DNA from: Candidatus Oxydemutator sp.
Lineage (GTDB): Bacteria; Pseudomonadota; Gammaproteobacteria; Poriferisulfidales; Oxydemutatoraceae
NCBI GenBank assembly: GCA_965203445.1
Contig: OZ241883.1
Coordinates: forward strand, 1,184,001 to 1,248,000
DNA length: 64,000 bases
Direction: 5' to 3'
Shown: positions 61,255 through 64,000 of the stretch, one piece after another
Layout: each line of letters begins with the position of its first letter
How positions within the stretch are numbered: position 1 is the stretch's first letter
Made by a program: the position numbers and the translations under genes
Notes under the pieces: generated by a model
The model's input: the letters and a program-made list of their open reading frames with translations, nothing else
Told to the model about the DNA's origin: nothing
The model's database searches: none

Positions 61255-64000
61255 ATGAAGAACCGCAGACCATTTTTTTCATCGTGCGCGGCGGCCGTAT
61301 GTGTCCTGTTCGCGCCCGGCCCGGCGGCGTTCGCCGACGGAGTCGGGGCGACCCTGGGCGAGTTCGCGGTGGACGATCAAGGCGCCGCGACCTACCGGAT
61401 TCCGATCATGGTGCCGCCCGGTGCCGGCGGTTTTCAGCCGCAGCTTGCGTTGGCCTACAACAGCCAGGGCGGCAACGACGTCGCCGGTATCGGCTGGACG
61501 CTCGAGGGGCTGTCGCTGATTCGGCGTTGCCCGCGCACCCTCGCGCACGACGCCGATTACGACGGGGCGTTCCAGGTTCTGTTCGACGAGCGCGACCGCT
61601 TGTGTCTGGATGGCCAGAGGTTGCAACTCGTGGCCGGCGGCTATGGCGCCGACGGCAGCGAATACCGTACCGAGATTGATAATTTCTCGCGTATCCGCGC
61701 GTACGGTTGGCGAGGCACTTCGCCGCAAGGACGCTCGCTCGGCCCTGAAACATTTACGGTATGGACGAAAGACGGTTTGATCATGGACTACGGCCGCAAC
61801 GCGGCCTCGCGCCTGCACGCCCCCGAGACCGCGGGCGGCAGCGCCGTTGCGACGTGGTTGCTGGATCGCGTCCGCGATCGCTTCGGCAACGAGTACGTCG
61901 TTCGCTACCACAAGGACGGCGAGCGTGGTCACCGCGTCCGGCGCATAGACTACGGCACCAGCCGAGTTTTGTTCTATTACGCCGAGCGCGGCGACACCCA
62001 GCGGCATTTCACGGCGGGATCGGAAACGGCGCTGCGCCACCGGCTCACCGGTATCAAGTCGTACACGACGTGGAGGCTGGTGCGGCATTATCGTCTGGAA
62101 TACGCGCCGCTGCCGCGAAACGTCCCCGCGAATTCCGTGCTCTATCCGAGCCGCTTGGTTTCGATCACGGAATGCGTTCGCAACGAGTGTCTGCCACCGA
62201 CGCGCTTCGATTGGCAGCAGGCCGAATCCAGCCACACGCGATGGGCCTTCGACAACGCTTGGCGCACGGCCATACCCGCGCTTGCGGGCAGCGACGCCGC
62301 GCGCCTCGGTTTCGGCGATTTCAACGGCGACGGACTGAACGACGTCTATGAGGTCAGGGGCAGCGGCGGCACCGTCACCGACAAGCTCTATCTGAACTTG
62401 GGCGGCGGCCGTTTCGAGGAGACGCAGGGCGCCGCCACCGAAGTATCCGGCGCCGAGGGCGCGAAGCAATTTCGCTACGCCGACTTCGACGGCGACGGCA
62501 AGACCGACGTCTATCAGCTGCGCCACCGCCACGCCGACGACGTGATCTATCTGTCGCGCGTCGGCGGCGGCCAATCCGCTTTCGAGCGCGTGCGCGGTCT
62601 GCCGTCCGCAATCGGCTGGCGTCCCGAAATCGGCAACGGGCGTTGTCTCGACGTCGCCTGCCTGAAGTTCGGCGACTTCGACGGCGACGGCAGGAGCGAC
62701 GTCTATCGCATCCATGCGGGCGCGGACAAGGTGTACTTGTCCGACGGAAACGGCACGTTTCGCACCGCGGCCGGTATCAACACCGCGCTGCGGCGCGCCG
62801 CCGCCTCTGCGCGCGTGGACGTGCAGCGTCTGCACGTCGCCGATCTCGACGGCGACGGCAGGAGCGATTTGTACTACCTGCAAGCGGGCGTGGACGACGT
62901 GTACCTGACGGTGCGCCCGGGCGTGTACCGGCGCGTCGACGGCATAGATTTTGCGGACTCCTTCCGTTCCGGTAACGACACCACGATTCGTTATCACTTT
63001 GGCGACTTCAACGGCGACGGGTTGCACGACGTTTATCTGGCCCCCGGTCCGCGCGGGGGTAACGACGCCGTGTACTTGTCGCGCGGCGACGGCGGCTTCG
63101 TCAGAAAAGCCGGCGTGCGCCGTGGCTACCCCGAAAACCTGTATCTTGGCGACTTCAACGGCGACGGCAGAAGCGATCTGCTCGTCAAGAGCGGCACCGG
63201 CGCCGGTTCGATTTGCTTTACCAACGCCGCCGGCGCCCTCGGCGACTGTGTGACGGCCAAGTTCGGGGACACGCGGTCGCTGTTTCTGCAAATCGCCGAC
63301 TTCGACGGCGACGGTGCGAGCGACGTCTACCGAACCGACTCCAAGGGCGGGCGCGTCGCGTTGACAAAGCCGTGGCCGGGGCGCGCGATCACGTTGATTA
63401 CCGACGGTTTCGGTGTGCGTACCGCGATAGACTACGGTTTGCTCAGCGATGCCGCCGTCCATCAGGCCGGTGAGGAAAGCGTCTATCCCGACGTCGTGGC
63501 GCACCCGCCGATGCGCGTCGTGCGCAGCGTCCTGACCGAGGACCAGCACGGGGACCTGGCCAACGAGACGCGCTATCGCTACGGCAACGCGAGAGTCAAT
63601 CTTCGCGGGCGCGGTTTTCTCGGTTTCGGTCGGCGTGACGAAATCACGTCGGCGCGGGGCTTGGCGACGCGCACCCGCTACTTGCAGGACTTTCCCTACG
63701 TCGGTCTGGTGCGGTCGGTCACCGTCAAGCTGCACGACGACGACGAGGCCTCGTGGGACGCCAACGCCGCGGTGTTGTCGTCCGTGACCAACCACTACGG
63801 GCACGTCGAATTGAACCGCGGTGTCTCGTTCTTTCCGTACCTGGTGCGCAGCGAGGAGGGCAGGTACGACCTGAGCCTCGACCACGTCGCGGATACCGAC
63901 GCGGACTTCGAGTACGACGACTTCGGCAACGTCATCCGGCGCCACAAGGAAGTTCGCGGCGACGGCAGGGTGTTCACGACGGTCACGCGCAATACGTATA
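61255..64000 (+). CDS. Secreted SpvB/FG-GAP/TcdB-mid toxin-like (RHS-type) protein; partial, runs off the window end
   Basis: GGAGG RBS and signal peptide. GAATYRIPIMVPPG..GFQPQLALAYNS..G..G.GW, multiple GDF(N/D)GDG..D repeats and GRGFLGFG. No stop seen before 64000. Confidence 0.88.
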   Translation, partial: MKNRRPFFSSCAAAVCVLFAPGPAAFADGVGATLGEFAVDDQGAATYRIPIMVPPGAGGFQPQLALAYNSQGGNDVAGIGWTLEGLSLIRRCPRTLAHDADYDGAFQVLFDERDRLCLDGQRLQLVAGGYGADGSEYRTEIDNFSRIRAYGWRGTSPQGRSLGPETFTVWTKDGLIMDYGRNAASRLHAPETAGGSAVATWLLDRVRDRFGNEYVVRYHKDGERGHRVRRIDYGTSRVLFYYAERGDTQRHFTAGSETALRHRLTGIKSYTTWRLVRHYRLEYAPLPRNVPANSVLYPSRLVSITECVRNECLPPTRFDWQQAESSHTRWAFDNAWRTAIPALAGSDAARLGFGDFNGDGLNDVYEVRGSGGTVTDKLYLNLGGGRFEETQGAATEVSGAEGAKQFRYADFDGDGKTDVYQLRHRHADDVIYLSRVGGGQSAFERVRGLPSAIGWRPEIGNGRCLDVACLKFGDFDGDGRSDVYRIHAGADKVYLSDGNGTFRTAAGINTALRRAAASARVDVQRLHVADLDGDGRSDLYYLQAGVDDVYLTVRPGVYRRVDGIDFADSFRSGNDTTIRYHFGDFNGDGLHDVYLAPGPRGGNDAVYLSRGDGGFVRKAGVRRGYPENLYLGDFNGDGRSDLLVKSGTGAGSICFTNAAGALGDCVTAKFGDTRSLFLQIADFDGDGASDVYRTDSKGGRVALTKPWPGRAITLITDGFGVRTAIDYGLLSDAAVHQAGEESVYPDVVAHPPMRVVRSVLTEDQHGDLANETRYRYGNARVNLRGRGFLGFGRRDEITSARGLATRTRYLQDFPYVGLVRSVTVKLHDDDEASWDANAAVLSSVTNHYGHVELNRGVSFFPYLVRSEEGRYDLSLDHVADTDADFEYDDFGNVIRRHKEVRGDGRVFTTVTRNTY

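Noticed and set aside
61279-63945. 888-aa minus-strand ORF, and similar long shadows at 2366..4153, 4304..6412, 16149..18443, 39514..41013 and 53946..56108
   Set aside because: Antisense or alternate-frame products of high-GC real genes.

Overview
GC-rich gammaproteobacterial chromosome segment. The adhesin and TPR content suggests a marine invertebrate (sponge-type) symbiont, but that is inference only. Layout: (1) a partial CopA multicopper oxidase with a CopB-like tail, and a 2,934-aa Calx-beta/GLUG repeat adhesin with a GlyGly-CTERM-like end (1-10957). (2) A ~28-kb defence island (about 11000-39660): Dam-like MTase plus REase, an internally deleted IS3, a PLD-SNF2 helicase, a type IIG R-M enzyme, then a tandem array of TIR-TPR, FRG(-TPR), DUF1828, HATPase and ParA genes, a TIR-TPR::MORC-histidine kinase fusion, a receiver protein and vsr-dcm. 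Most array genes are preceded by a degenerate copy of the type IIG C-terminal tail and separated by palindromic CCCTCTCCC/GGGAGAGGG repeats. (3) Core genes: amtB, glnK, rph, rdgB, hemW, rpmE, M48 peptidase, flap endonuclease, hemH, HNH, priA, ftsH, glmM, tpiA, secG, tRNA-Leu and tRNA-fMet. (4) The start of an SpvB/FG-GAP/TcdB-like toxin gene. Two standout observations: a 1,370-bp element carrying only tnpB but bounded by perfect 26-bp terminal inverted repeats and an 8-bp target duplication (IS1595/ISNwi-like ends, not IS200/IS605 ends), and the cassette-like TIR/FRG-TPR array anchored on type IIG tail remnants. All family assignments come from motif recognition by eye; no searches were run.
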